A stretch of 64,000 nucleotides of DNA from Antedon mediterranea. Lineage: Eukaryota; Animalia; Echinodermata. Positions 1 through 13,233 of the stretch are shown piece by piece (the stretch's first letter is position 1; the number at the start of each line of letters is the position of its first letter). The stretch covers positions 2,666,001 through 2,730,000 of the forward strand of contig NC_092680.1 in the NCBI RefSeq assembly GCF_964355755.1, read 5' to 3'. A program made the translations under genes and the position numbers. Under the pieces are notes generated by a model. It was given only the letters and a program-made list of their open reading frames with translations, was not told the origin of the DNA and made no database searches.

Positions 1-862
1 ACGTCTTTTCTTTCGTAGTTTCATGAATTGCATTGCGAGATTATTATCTCGAGTATTACCTGTCATGCGTGATCATTTTGTTTTGTATGGTTTTTGGATT
101 AAAGACATTTTTAAATTGGAAATGGGGAGTGCGTTGATAATTTGTATTGAATGATTGTGTCTGTAGATTTCATTAAACTATATGCACTCTCTCATTACAA
201 AAAGATAATAGTGTTGTTAAGGAATGCATTGGTTAACGCGTGGTATTTAATTCTATATAATATAATGATTAGGCCTACTTTAATGTGTTCTTTAGAATAC
301 AAATACAAATAGAAAAAACACACCAAATACAGGCCGAAATGTTATAATAAGTTTTTGAGAATTGAAAGATATTTACGATCTTAGTTCAACTCGGTTATCA
401 TTTTACTACTTATAGTAAGTTGTATGGATCTGTATTTCCAATTAAATTTTAAATGTGTACATAATCTCCGGGCGTGAAGATGATGATTGATGAATCAGTC
501 AGTCGAATAAGCATCCTGTTCTTGGAAAGCACTTCTAGTACTAAAATGCATTATTTACCTGAAATGTACAGGGCAAATTTTTAATTACAACACGAGTTTC
601 CAATAAAGCAACTATATATTCGAAATGACATGTCATATAAACGTCTTCATCGAATAACCAGGTAATGTAACGTACACATCGGCGTTTATGCGATCATAAG
701 CGTCTCAGTCAAATTTAAATCACCGCACTGGAACATGTACACGTCACCTCGGCGTTTATTCACTGGAACATGTACATGTTTATGTGTTCACAGTAGCATC
801 TCAGCAGTACTGTCGAATAAGCAGTTTATGCGATCATAAGCGCCTTCTAGTCGAATTTAAAT

Positions 863-1567
863 CACAGCACTTGAAAGTTACGTTACACCTACCGTTTATG
901 TGCTCATAGTCTCAGCAGTACAATAGTCGAATAAGCACAGCACTTGAACGTTACGTTACACCTAGCGTTTATGTGTTCATAGTCTCCGCAGTACAATAGT
1001 CGAATAAGCACAGCACTTGAACGTTACGTTACACCTAGCGTTTATGTGTTCATAGTCTCCGCAGTACAATAGTCGAATAAGCACAGCACTTGAACGTTAC
1101 GTTACACCTAGCGTTTATGTGCTCATAATCTCAGCAGTACAATAGTCGAATAAGCACAGCACTTGAACGTTACGTTACACCTAGCGTTTATGTGTTCATA
1201 GTCTCCGCAGTACAATAGTCGAATAAGCACAGCACTTGAACGTTACGTTACACCTAGCGTTTATGTGTTCATAGTCTCAGCAGTACAATAGTCGAATAAG
1301 CACAGCACTTGAACGTTACGTTACACCTAGCGTTTATGTACTCATAGTCTCAGCAGTACAATAGTCTAATAAGCACAGCACTTGAACGTTACGTTACACC
1401 TAGCGTTTATGTGTTCATAGTCTCCGCAGTACAATAGTCGAATAAGCACAGCACTTGAACGTTACGTTACACCTAGCGTTTATGTGCTCATAGTCTCAGC
1501 AGTACAATAGTCGAATAAGCACAGCACTTGAACGTTACGTTACACCTAGCGTTTATGTGTTCATAGT
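863..1567. repeat. 73-bp minisatellite, ~9.5 near-identical copies
   Basis: Unit cacagcacttgaacgttacgttacacctagcgtttatgtgttcatagtctccgcagtacaatagtcgaataag recurs at 935, 1008, 1081... (period 73); degenerate related sequence at ~660-860. Confidence 0.95.
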
Positions 1568-2378
1568 AGCGTCTCAGATGTTTACATCTCGGTTTTCATT
1601 CAATCTTGTATTTAATCAAGTTGATGTGAAGAATTCGTTGAAAACACACGTCCCTAAAGCAACATATGATGAGAATACGAATATGAAACTGTTTTTTTGT
1701 CCTGTAATTAATTTAATAAGACAGGTTTCATTATAATACGTGAGATTTGCTGAATTCTGGGTTTAATTTGATAAAGTTATAATAACCAAGTTCATTATTT
1801 TAATTTTAAATATCAGGGTTGGCATAAATATAATGTCTCCCGAGATCTGCACAATTACCTGTAATGCATTCGTTTTTCAAATTCAGAAAGAGACATTTAG
1901 TCAATATTTGATCAATTTTATTATTGAAAAACGTTAAGCCACAGTGTATTATTTTATAGCTTAAAGGCAGCAGTCAGCTAGCAGCATAATTGTTTGATAA
2001 TTATTAAATCGTTACCTGTGGTTGAAACTGTTATTCCAGCGTACCTTGTTCGAATTCATTAGACAATACCTCATGTAGAGTCGTCGAGAGTGAGATGTAA
2101 CGATAAATAGGTACTTATAAATCTGTACAGCTGATTGATGATGCATCTATTATTGCGTGTAAGATGACCTTTAATTATTTCAGCTGTGTACAATCAAACC
2201 AATTAGCTTTATATCCATTTTTATGTTATGAACCTGGTTAATTTTATTCTGTCATTACATCTTTAACTTCAAAGTATAATCATCCTTTCGTGATTCATAA
2301 TTAAATTCTGTATTCATATACAGTACGCGAAAAGAAGTAAACAATAGTTTTGTTAATCAACGTTTAACGCCGTGATGG

Positions 2379-3050
2379 CTCTTTGTAACGTCGTCATACT
2401 TCTCTTTGTAACGTCGTCATACTTCTCTTTGTAACGTCGTCATACTTCTCTTTGTAACGTTGTCATACTTCTCTTTGTAACGTCCTCATACTTCTCTTTG
2501 TAACGTCGTCATACTTCTCTTTGTAACGTTGTCATACTTCTCTTTGTAACGTTGTCATACTTCTCTTTGTAACGTCGTCATACTTCTCTTTGTAACGTTG
2601 TCATACTTCTCTTTGTAACTTCGTCATACTTCTCTTTGTAACGTCGTCATACTTCTCTTTGTAACGTCGTCACACTTCTCTTTGTAACGTCCTCATACTT
2701 CTCTTTGTAACGTCGTCATACTTCTCTTTGTAACGTTGTCATACTTCTCTTTGTAACGTTGTCATACTTCTCTTTGTAACGTCCTCATACTTCTCTTTGT
2801 AACGTCGTCATACTTCTCTTTGTAACGTCGTCATACTTCTCCTTGTAACGTTGTCATACTTCTCTTTGTAACGTTGTCATACTTCTCTTTGTAACGTTGT
2901 CATACTTCTCTTTGTAACGTCGTCACACTTCTCTTTGTAACGTCCTCATACTTCTCTTTGTAACGTTGTCATACTTCTCTTTGTAACGTCGTCATACTTC
3001 TCTTTGTAACGTCGTCATACTTCTCTTTGTAACGTCCTCATACTTCTCTT
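2379..3050. repeat. 23-bp minisatellite, ~29 copies
   Basis: Unit ctctttgtaacgt(c/t)gtcatactt, period 23. Confidence 0.95.
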
Positions 3051-3102
3051 AGTGAAGTCGTCATTGCTCCTTCGCTAATGTAATTATGTGTGTACGTTGT
3101 TG

Positions 3103-3410
3103 GTTAACGTCGACATCATCTCCTTTCCACGTCGTCTTTACTCCTTCGCCAGTGTTATGATTTGTTCTTTGTTAACGTCGACATCATCTCCTTTCCACGT
3201 CGTCCTTACTCCTTCGCCAGTGTTATGATTTGTTCTTTGTTAACGTCGACATCATCTCCTTTCCACATCGTCCTTACTCCTTCGCCAGTGTTATGATTTG
3301 TCCTTTGTTAACGTCGACATCATCTCTTTAACTACGTTGCCCTTGCTACTTTGCCAATGTCGTGTGTTGCTTCTTGCTAACGTCGACATCATCTCTTTTT
3401 CCACATCGTC
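3103..3410. repeat. 68-bp tandem repeat (~4 copies) related to the adjacent 23-mer
   Basis: gttaacgtcgacatcatctc... starts at 3103, 3171, 3239, 3307; shares the taacgtcg core with the 23-mer. Confidence 0.85.
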
Positions 3411-5692
3411 CGACGTGATAGGTTATTTGTTAACGTTATTATGTGTATTATTATTTGTGTACGTCTTATTAGTTCCTTCGTCAACGTCGTAATCAACTCT
3501 TTTTTATCGTCGTCCTAGTTCCTTTGTCAACGTCGTAATCGGCTTATTGTTAACGCCGTCCTTGATCCAACAACGTCGTGGTAGACTCTTTGTTAAGGTC
3601 GTCATAGTTCCTTCGTCAACGTCATAATCGGCTCTTTGTTAACGTCATCATTATCCTTCTACAAGTCGTCTTTGTATATTTGATAAAATCACCATAGTTT
3701 CTTGGTCATAGTTTTTATCTCTCTTCCCTTGTTTTAATAGACCTATAATATTTCTTTAATTATAAATGCAGTATTGGATCTGTCATTGCCACACTCAAAC
3801 ATCATATATTAAAATGTGCCATGCAATTATAGTTTTCGAGTGAGGGTCAGGAGTTTGATAAATCTTGATCCGTTCAGATATTTAGATAATTACAAATTAT
3901 ATCGGATTACGGCACTTCGTGTTGTTCATATCTTATAGAACCTCCCTATATCAATAATAGACATATATAGTAAGTGTCGTTGTCATATCAATATATAATT
4001 CTGCGACAATAACGCATTCAGTTCAAAATGTGAAAACATAACGTCAGCCCAGTCAATATTTGTTTTATATACCGTACCAAACAATTGGTTGTAGATCAGG
4101 CCAGGTTTGAGCAAATATACAGTATCTTTATTAATGCTCTGTTTCCAATATGCAAGCGAGTTGACCAATGACAAGCGACTGTTCGGATATTCCATTGTTT
4201 GTGATTGGTCAAATCACTTACGTTGCGTTACGTCGTTGCGTTGCGTCTTCTAATGGGAACCAAGCTTAATATCCATCCAATTTTGTTTTTCTTTTCACTG
4301 GTGTTGTGAAATTGATATAGCGTTTGTTGTTGTTAAATTAAGCGAGTGAATTAGCGTTTGATCGTCACTTCTTCCGGTCTAGCGACAGGCTGCAATGTCG
4401 TCTGATGGAATCATTTCTCCACAAGGGCCCCTGACACATTTTTGCATATTGCCTCTTTAACAACAGCATTATGATGAAATGTTATATCCAAAGGTGTACA
4501 AATTAAACGATGGCAGAGATTAGTATTTTTCACTGTGAAGATTGAAATGTAATTCATGTTCAGTTCAGCCTGCAGCTGATTATTCAATCGAATCATGCTG
4601 TCCCCCTTCATTGACATTCATTTTCACACCGCGAATGGCTAGCTGCATGTTTAAATTATAACGTTTGACATCTCCTGTGTGTAATACTGAATAAACAGTG
4701 GAAACTAAATGTTTACTTGAATATATCAAATAACATATAAAACTTCAGTGCGTAATACTGAATAAAAACTGGAAACTAAATATTATATCTACACCATATA
4801 TAATTAATATAACAATGTTTTAGTTATTATTGCATAAATTAAATAGGCTATAATATAAGAATGATATACTATTTAATGGCAAACCACTTCTAACGAATTA
4901 TATGGAAGATATATAAATATATATATATAAACAAACTTTATTTATTCTCGAGACTGATGCACAGCACAACTCGTTCAGTCAACATTGATTGTTTTTCGTG
5001 ATATTTCGTTCGTAAATTAATAAAAACACAATATAAATACGAAAAAGAAAGAAAAAATAAGAAAAGAACATTACAGCAGAATCCCCTTCATCGGACACCC
5101 CTATTTAGTGGACACCATACCGGTGCTTCTCGCGTAAACGGAAAATGGAAACGAGAAAAATACGGCCATTTTCTTCGTTCGATGTGAACAGTGTTTTCCT
5201 GTATTATGTTGGCTGTTCGTGTTCACGTGTTGTGATTCTAGTTTAATCTTTGAATCCTGCAGACACGAATTCATGGCTAACGCCATTCACTTCTTTTCAA
5301 ACCAGTTCAAACGTTCATTGACGAATATTTAGTTTGTAAAAGCTATTGGGCATTCTGAGACAGATGTAGAATTTGAGGAATCACAATCAAGAAATGTCTT
5401 TGACTTCATCTGCTTATCTTAATGAACTGTCTAATAAAATATGTGTTTCCCGATCTTCGGTATTTACTACCGTAGATAAAATTGGTTGGTATGGACAGAG
5501 TTCAGGCTGGATAGTTTATAGGTGCATGGTTTAATAGTATCCATGCTAGTAAATTTTGTATCTGAACACGACATGTTCTGTTGGGTTAATTGGTTGATTA
5601 CAATAGAACCTCTATTAAGGGGACCCTTTCAGACCCAACGAAGTTCCCCCTTCATAAGAATTGAAAATACTTGACCGTAGTGCATACATTAT

Positions 5693-5871
5693 AGCTTGGT
5701 TCCCACTAGAACGTAACGCAAGGACGTAAACGCAACGCAATCGTTTTAACCAATGACAAGCGAAGTTATAGACAGTTGGCAATCACAAGCGAATAAGCCA
5801 TCGCTTGTGATTGGTCAATTCACTTGCGTTGCGTTACGTCCTTGTGTTGCGTCGCCAGTGGGAACCACGCT
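5693..5871 (+). mobile_element. MITE family A (PIF/Harbinger/Tourist-like), full copy
   Basis: TIRs AGCTTGGTTCCCACT...AGTGGGAACCACGCT, ~180 bp; near-identical copies at 32167 and 41544. Confidence 0.85.
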
Positions 5872-5985
5872 TTAACCATGGGGAACTTATTTCTCCATGA
5901 TTTATATACATTATCTACCTTTTCTTCTTCACGGGAAAGTATATTCCTTACTATGAATGTTTCTTTAAAAAGTGTGTCCAAAAGA

Positions 5986-6310
5986 GTAGGTCCTACTGCA
6001 GTAGTTAGTCCTACTGCAGTAGTTAGTCTAACTTCAGTAGTTAGTCCTACTGACAGTAGTCAGTCCTAATGCAGTAGTTAGTCAACTTCAGTAGTTAGTC
6101 CTAAACAAGGACGTAACGCAGCGCAAGTGAATTGACCAATCACAAGCGATGGCTTATTCGCTTGTGATTGCTAACTGTCTATAACTTCGCTTTTCATTGG
6201 TTAAAACTCTTGCGTTGCGTTACGTCCTTGCGTTACGTTCTAGTGGGAACCAAGCTTAATGCAGTAGTTAGTCCTATTGCAGTAGTTAGTCCTACTGCAG
6301 TAGTTAGACC
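5986..6310. repeat. 18-bp minisatellite (gtcctactgcagtagtta) interrupted by an inverted, truncated family A MITE (~6105-6256)
   Basis: Units on both sides of a reverse-complement MITE A copy ending tagtgggaaccaagct|taa. Confidence 0.85.
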
Positions 6311-6753
6311 GTTATAAAAATCTACCATCGTAGAGGATAGTATATTTTATAATAGTACTCAATAAGAAAAAATAACATAAATAATTCGATCAATCATTTG
6401 ATTTTTGTATAAATTTAGTCTAGTCAAATCACTTCAATACTGAATTACGTGACTAGAATGGTTGGACTTTATGTGTGTATGTTATAAATCGTCCAGTCAC
6501 CGTAAGATAATCAATTCGATTACGATGTACACTATCGATTCCATTAGGAAAACTACTTTAACATAGATTTAGATAATTTATTATGGGCCATTTTGTACGT
6601 ACGTAAGCCTTAATTTGAAATAGTGCCTTGGGTGATACTTGACTTCATCAAAACTATGTAACATCAGTGTTACAATAATTATATTTTATTTTCATATAAT
6701 CTATCGGATTAGTATAAAAGGGGTGAGCATGTTACATTTCATTTAAACTGTAA

Positions 6754-6975
6754 AGCTATGTCTACACATCAAACTAGTTTGACAAAAAGGTGTGATGTGC
6801 CCAAATATGGTAGTGATTACGTCATCGTGTCATCTTATATTTAATTGTCATTTTTGTGTATTGTAAATCACATTGTTGTGGTTTTTTTTTGTATATCAAA
6901 TAAATTAAAAAAAATAAATATATGGGCACATCACATTTTTTTGTCACATAAAGTTTGAGTGTGTATAACAGAGCT
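6754..6975. mobile_element. MITE family C copy
   Basis: Termini agctatgtctacac...gtataacagagct; internal gtgatgtgcccaaatatggtag and atgggcacatcac motifs shared with other copies. Confidence 0.7.
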
Positions 6976-8794
6976 TAATGTTAATATTATAACTATATAA
7001 ACAGACATCTTGGTCGCTTATACTATTCGTTGTCCATTCTCTACGGCGTTTTTAATTTAAAAAAAAAAATCGAACAGTTAATTAATCGATATTCCTGATG
7101 TAGTTTTTAGAAAACAAAGTTGAGAGTCAACCTTTTATTGATCGACCGTGATTAATATTTGATATTGTTACTTCCTCCAGAAATGATGTTATTTGTCCCC
7201 TCCCCCTTTTTTCAGAGACTTTATTCAATAATATTTTCTAATACTTGAAATTTAATGCTTACAATACACCACATCCATTAGTAATAATATGCACTATAAA
7301 GTTTATGAACATTTTTAATCTTTTCTGTTCCATGTTTCCTAAATTTATTTATAATGTTTTTTAAAGAAATAAACTGGTTAATGTTGCAATTAAAAAAAAA
7401 GGATTTTATTCAGCAGAATACTTACATAATTTAGAAACTTAACCCCCAATTATTAGGCGTAGGCCTCCCTATGTATAGTGTAGAGCCCCGTGTAGAGAAT
7501 AAAATATTATAAGCAATCATGGTAGGCCTAGGTATAGTGTTAGAGCCCCGTAGAGAGCAGTAACATATTATAAGCAATCGGGCCTAGAGATAGTGTAAAG
7601 CATAACATGTTAAGGTAATCATACTAACTACTGAACTATATGTGCCACTGAACGACAATAAATTAATAATTCTATCAGATAAACAGTTATAGTCCAATTA
7701 CACTGTACATTAGCCGCAGTAAAAGTATATTAATTCTAAGTACATTCGGATGAATACATAAGTATACATAAGGCAACTCTTGTAAAGGCCAACCACAACA
7801 AATGATTTAATGATTAATGTATTTAGGAGAAAAGCACATGCACATTGAAAACAATATTAATTCATGAAATAGAATTGTTGACCGAATCATCATAATAACA
7901 TTGTAGCTTTGATCTGGAAAGAGTGAAATTACAAGTGTGTATATTCACTCTTCCCTGCTTTGATGTACAGTAGTAAAAATCTCAATAAAATGATTTTGTA
8001 TATAAAAATAATGAATGTTTTTAAGTGGAATAGAGAGACTATTTGTATGAGTTGGAAGATGGACTGTCTATGCATTTTTCCATTTTTTTTCCTATTTTAA
8101 AATTAGTCATTTTGTCATACTGTACGAATTTATTTATTTTTTTATTTCATTCCAGACCAGCAACGAATCATCATCATCTTAATAAAAACTACATTAGATA
8201 ACAAAATAAAAACAATTAAAAAAAATGTTAAATGTAAGAAGTATGTATTCAGATTAATTATTGTCACGTTTCAGATCCACATGAACTTATTATTAGAAGA
8301 ATAATTTGAAAATTGAACCCCCCCCCCTCCCCAACAAAACATAAGATCCACAAGATGAACTTATTAGAAGAATAACTTGAAAATTGAAAAAAAAAAAACC
8401 CAAAAAAAAAACACTCTTTTTCTTTAAAGTGCGTCCACCTATACACGCGTCAAATATCAACAACAAATTAGAATTGTAATTATGAGACTCAATTTGCAGA
8501 AACTAAATGTGAGCCTGGGGAAAATATATTCGTTATCAAAAAAAGTCGACTGTCAACGCTTTGTTGTGCTTTGGCAATGGTAAGTTGGATGTATCATAAA
8601 TTATACAAATTGCCCAGTGGTAGGTTTTATGTAGCAATAATTCAGGTATCGCTACTTGCGAGAAGGGTTGTAATAACATATTAATGTGGCTTGCAAAGTG
8701 CAACTAAATTGAAATAGGAAAAAAAAAAACTAAAAGGAAAAAATAGAAAAAAAAACTGACTGAAAAAATATTTAGTTAGGATGGCATAGCATTC

Positions 8795-9190
8795 TTCAAA
8801 ACAGTGTAAACATAACGTTTGGGATAACGTTCTGACCATTAAGGAGCTGGTGGTCCAAGGGGTATTATTCTTAAATCTCCGCAACTTGCTCCAAGTCTGT
8901 ATTTATTGTTAGTTCACCAGTTTCCAAGCTCAAGTAGTACACGTATGAAACGCCATATTTACAAAAAATATCTAATATTATGTCAAAACGTTCTGACCAT
9001 TAAGGGGTATTATTCTTAAGTCTGTCTGTAAATAAGTCTGTATTTATTGTCTTTTTTATGTTAGTCCACCAGTTTCCAAGCTCAAGTAGTACACGTATGA
9101 AACGCCATATGTGCAAAAATATATCTTTTTTACTAATATTAAGTCAAAACTCTGCCTGGAACCCAGATAAGCAACTCAAGCGCACCGCAA
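8795..9190. repeat. Interspersed repeat family I, locally duplicated here
   Basis: aagtctgtatttattg...ccaagctcaagtagtacacgtatgaaacgccatat...aagtcaaaact occurs twice here; related copies at ~38420-38560 and ~48130-48280 (reverse) and ~59950-60120. Confidence 0.75.
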
Positions 9191-9547
9191 AGTAATTTGA
9201 CCAATCGATGCAATAGAACCAAGGTTGTTTTTATATTTGCTCATAATGTAGAAGTCGTCCTATTTTTTGGACAATATTTATTTTAGATTTACCCACCGGT
9301 CCCCACTGACGCCCACTCCAGAAAGTAGCATGGCACCTATTTCGAAGTCATATTTTTGAAACAGACGTTTCACAACAATTACCTAGTGACCAGAGAATGT
9401 CTTAATCCTATTGTATTAGGTTCACGATTGACTTTATGTCGGGCAATTAATGCGTTTCACTTTACCTTAATGTGATCATTAGCTTTGTAACAAATACTGT
9501 TTTGTATAAATACCAAATCCTAGTTTCCGTAATAGGAATAGGCCTAA

Positions 9548-9861
9548 AGGCCAATTTACACAGACGAGCGGTAATGGTAAGCGGATCAAAACCGCGTAGC
9601 TTGTCCTACGTAGAATCTTTATCTATCCTAAGCGGTAACGGTAACCGGAAAACCGCATAGCTTGTCCCACGTAGAATCTGTATCTATCCTGAGCGGTAAC
9701 GGTAAGCGGAAAACCGCGTAGCTTTTCCCACGTAAGATCTGTCTATCCTCAGCGGAAACCGCTCGTCCGCTCCGCGCTGTGTGTAAATGGTCATAAGGAA
9801 TAACATAGGCCTAGATTCTATATTTTTATTACCGTTACAGTTCGTCTGTGTAAATTGGCCT
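9548..9861. mobile_element. MITE family D, 20-bp perfect TIR, TAA target-site duplication
   Basis: taa|AGGCCAATTTACACAGACGA ... TCGTCTGTGTAAATTGGCCT|taa; three internal ~60-bp tandem units. Confidence 0.85.
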
Positions 9862-12800
9862 TAAGCCATGTAGTCTGTGATGCAACGCGGTGTTTTTAGT
9901 GGGTGGTGTGCTTGTGGGAGTTTAGCGCTTCTTCACAAAATAGCTGTCTGCATTAGTTAATATGTGTTAGTACGTTTCGACGAAATCCGGAATTTTGTGT
10001 GAATAGTTGTATTCTTATTAGCTCTACACTATCAAACTTTATGTGACAAAAAAATGTAATGTGCCCATATATGGATTTTTATTCATTTTATTTTATTTCA
10101 CATACATCCAACAGCAATATCGCCAATTACAGGATGCCTTAAAGACTCATAATATATAAGATTAAAAGCATGACATATCATGACTATCATATTTGGGCAC
10201 ATCACAGTTTGATAGTGTAGACAGACTCTACTGCTCTACACACGATTTTTCGGATTCCTGTCTCAGCAGTGTGAAACGGTGTAAAAAGTGTATAAAAGGT
10301 ATGAATCTTTTGCTAAATCACACATATAATTTAATTTATTATCAATAAATATTTACAGATAAACATCAGCTATTTCGCATTGTACTCATTGATATAACAG
10401 CATGTGGTTGCTATAGTAACATTAAGATAGTAAATTGTTATTCTGATGATGATTTATTACTAAATTAAAATTTCCTATTTAAACAGAACACTCGTCACAA
10501 ACAGATAATATTGTATAGTGTATTTTAAATGTATTTGCCATTTCCATATATCACAGACAGATCCTTCTTGCAAATTTGATTGGTTGGACATAAGTTAGTG
10601 TATCTGCGCATGCGTACTGCAATGGCCCTTTGTAATTGACTAATAACAGCAATTCTGATCATTTGGCATTAACTTGGCTGTATCGGTAGTGGTACTGCAC
10701 TGTGTTTTGTGCATATACTGACTACACACCAAACTAGGATATTCATCAGGCTTTACACAAACACGAGGTTAGTACCATCATAATAAAAATAACTTGTTGG
10801 TATATAGATTATACTTTTAAAGTGTAGCTCCGGGTTATTTAGTGTAATCAATATAAACCGTTACATTCACTTAATTTTCGGCAGCGGCGGTGAAGCAAAA
10901 TGAGCGGCATGAAATACACACCTTTTTTAAAGTGGTAAAATAATGTTATAAGATAGGATGTTATAGATAATAGCCTTTAATCATTAACCAGGTAAGTATT
11001 TGTAATAACAATAGTGTTGTATTTTCCTGTGAACAATTGATTGCTATTTTGATGTGCCGTAAAAATGTGCACAAATGCGAGTTGATTTTGGTGAAATTTC
11101 TATCTTAACACTTAGAAAAAACAAGCTCTACCCGAATTTATTCACTTGTTTTGCTAACTGCCGTCTGAATATGTTGGGTTATTATCAATGTTACTGGATC
11201 AGTTTGTATTTTATAATAAATAGAAATGTTAAAATTATTACTAACTTGTACAATTTGTTCATTAATCTAAACTAATCTAATTTTTAATCTAAACTAAACG
11301 CATGTAGAAAAACGTAATACACCATATAGAACTAGTATATACAGTGTAGACTACTTGATGAAAAATGTGTTTTGTAAAGTTGACCAGAGCTACCGTTGAA
11401 ACTTTTAGACTCAACAAATTTCCTTTACCCTTTATTATACCTATACCAGAGGCCTATTAATTGGCGTGTTGGTATTTTAACTGTCAATGTCACAGGCCAA
11501 ATTAAATTGAAGAGTTAACATATTTTTTTATATGTTTTACATCCATTGAAACGCAATTTGTTTTAAAGCAAAATTTTAAGCAAGATTTTTGGTCTCTCAA
11601 AAATTCTTTTATCCTTTGTTACCTATACCAGCAATAGGCCTATTCGTAGGCGTGTATTTCAAACATCAATGTCACAGGCCAAATTATATTGAAGAGTTAA
11701 CACATTTTCTGTATGTTTTACATTTTAATGTTAATGTTGTTCGATTTATAAATCGCTTATACAATCAAAAAATGTTTCAAAGCATCTATTAAAAATGCAA
11801 AATATTGAAAGAAAGTTTTAGGTTTCATCAATGATTAATCTTGAAATAATCACTTAGTTGTAAGTACAATTTATTAGTACTTTTAATCTATTATATATAA
11901 ATGATTATCGAACCTTACAGTGCAAAATATAATGTATTTTTAGTACTAACATTTTTATATTCAATATTTAACTGTATAACAATGTATACACTTGGATTTA
12001 CAAAAGATATAAAAAACATTTTACACTATATACGTATACTTTAAATGGTTACCAAACTGAAAAGCACTACTGTTAAATATTGTAAATATAGGCTAAGACA
12101 AGTAAAGTAAATTTATTGTCATTTGTAAACATATATAGAAAAACTTTTACATTGAAATGAATTTGAACCGCAAATAAAGAGAACTACATGGTGCCTGAAT
12201 ATGTTTTAAATACAAAATAAATAAATAAAAATAAATTGTGAATTGTGAATAAAAAAAAAATATTAATAATTTGTTGGAAACAATTCAAGAATCTAACATA
12301 TACGAAAGCTTATGCTTGAATAATAACAAGTGCAATTATAACCAAATGTAAAACATATTATTGTCGCTACAGAAATTGAATTACTAACGACAAAGTGATT
12401 TAAATGTAATCGCTTAGAACATAACATTATAGTTTAGGAACAAATTAATTGTATTTACATAAAAATGAAAAATGATCACACAAAAACATATTCATGCACA
12501 AAATACAACAAATTCATTACCAATTACGTTGTGCAATATACTCATTGGGTGAAAGTTATCACATTATTGTAGTTAAAAAATAAGAACACATACGGTACGC
12601 AAACAAGCTGTACCTTTGGTCTATGATCGCTTATAGCCGCTAACCAAGCCCCCCCCCCCCTACACCCAGTCTTTCATTTAAAACTGGGGCCTATGGGCCC
12701 AATAATACTTCACCTCTTGGCATTTACTGTACGTCAACTACGTCAATATCCAGTATCGTAGCTAATTCCGTGATATAGCAACAGATGTGCCTGTATAATA

Positions 12801-12991
12801 GATCCTAATCTAATTTTAATCTAACCTTCCATGCTACAGGTATCACATGTGATTCTAGATATGTTGTATGACGCAATTTGTTACGACTGGAAATATTGTC
12901 ATGTGTTAAGATAAAGCACTGAGAATTGGGTGAATTGTTATTGTTTTACGGTATTTATTTTCAGCACTTGATGCGCTAGTTTAGTAGAGTG

Positions 12992-13233
12992 TATATAAGT
13001 ATTTTTCTCTAGAACATAAATCATTTATCATCCATTCACTATATAATAAAGTTTCTTCCATTGTGGTAACTTGTTTACAATAAACGAAGTAAAACACGAC
13101 TTTTTTCAACAATTTTATCACCCATAATAGGCTATCTAACTTTGATAACTTAAAATTACTTTACAATTTACCGAAACGAATCCTTGTATCCATTTACTTC
13201 ATTATTTAAATTTCCCTTTAAATTGAGGTAAGT
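12992..13233 (+). promoter_or_regulatory. Candidate TATA+Inr promoter and non-coding first exon (13023-13227)
   Basis: TATATAAG at 12992, Inr-like TCATTT with A at 13023 (31 nt spacing), consensus donor GAG|GTAAGT at 13227/13228. Motif evidence only. Confidence 0.3.

Noticed and set aside
540-580. Minus-strand tttcag|gtaa as a recursive splice site
   Set aside because: A single short motif expected by chance in AT-rich DNA, and the host gene itself is unproven.
863-3410. Regular repeat arrays as a CRISPR locus
   Set aside because: Units are contiguous with no unique spacers, there are no cas genes, and the context is eukaryotic.
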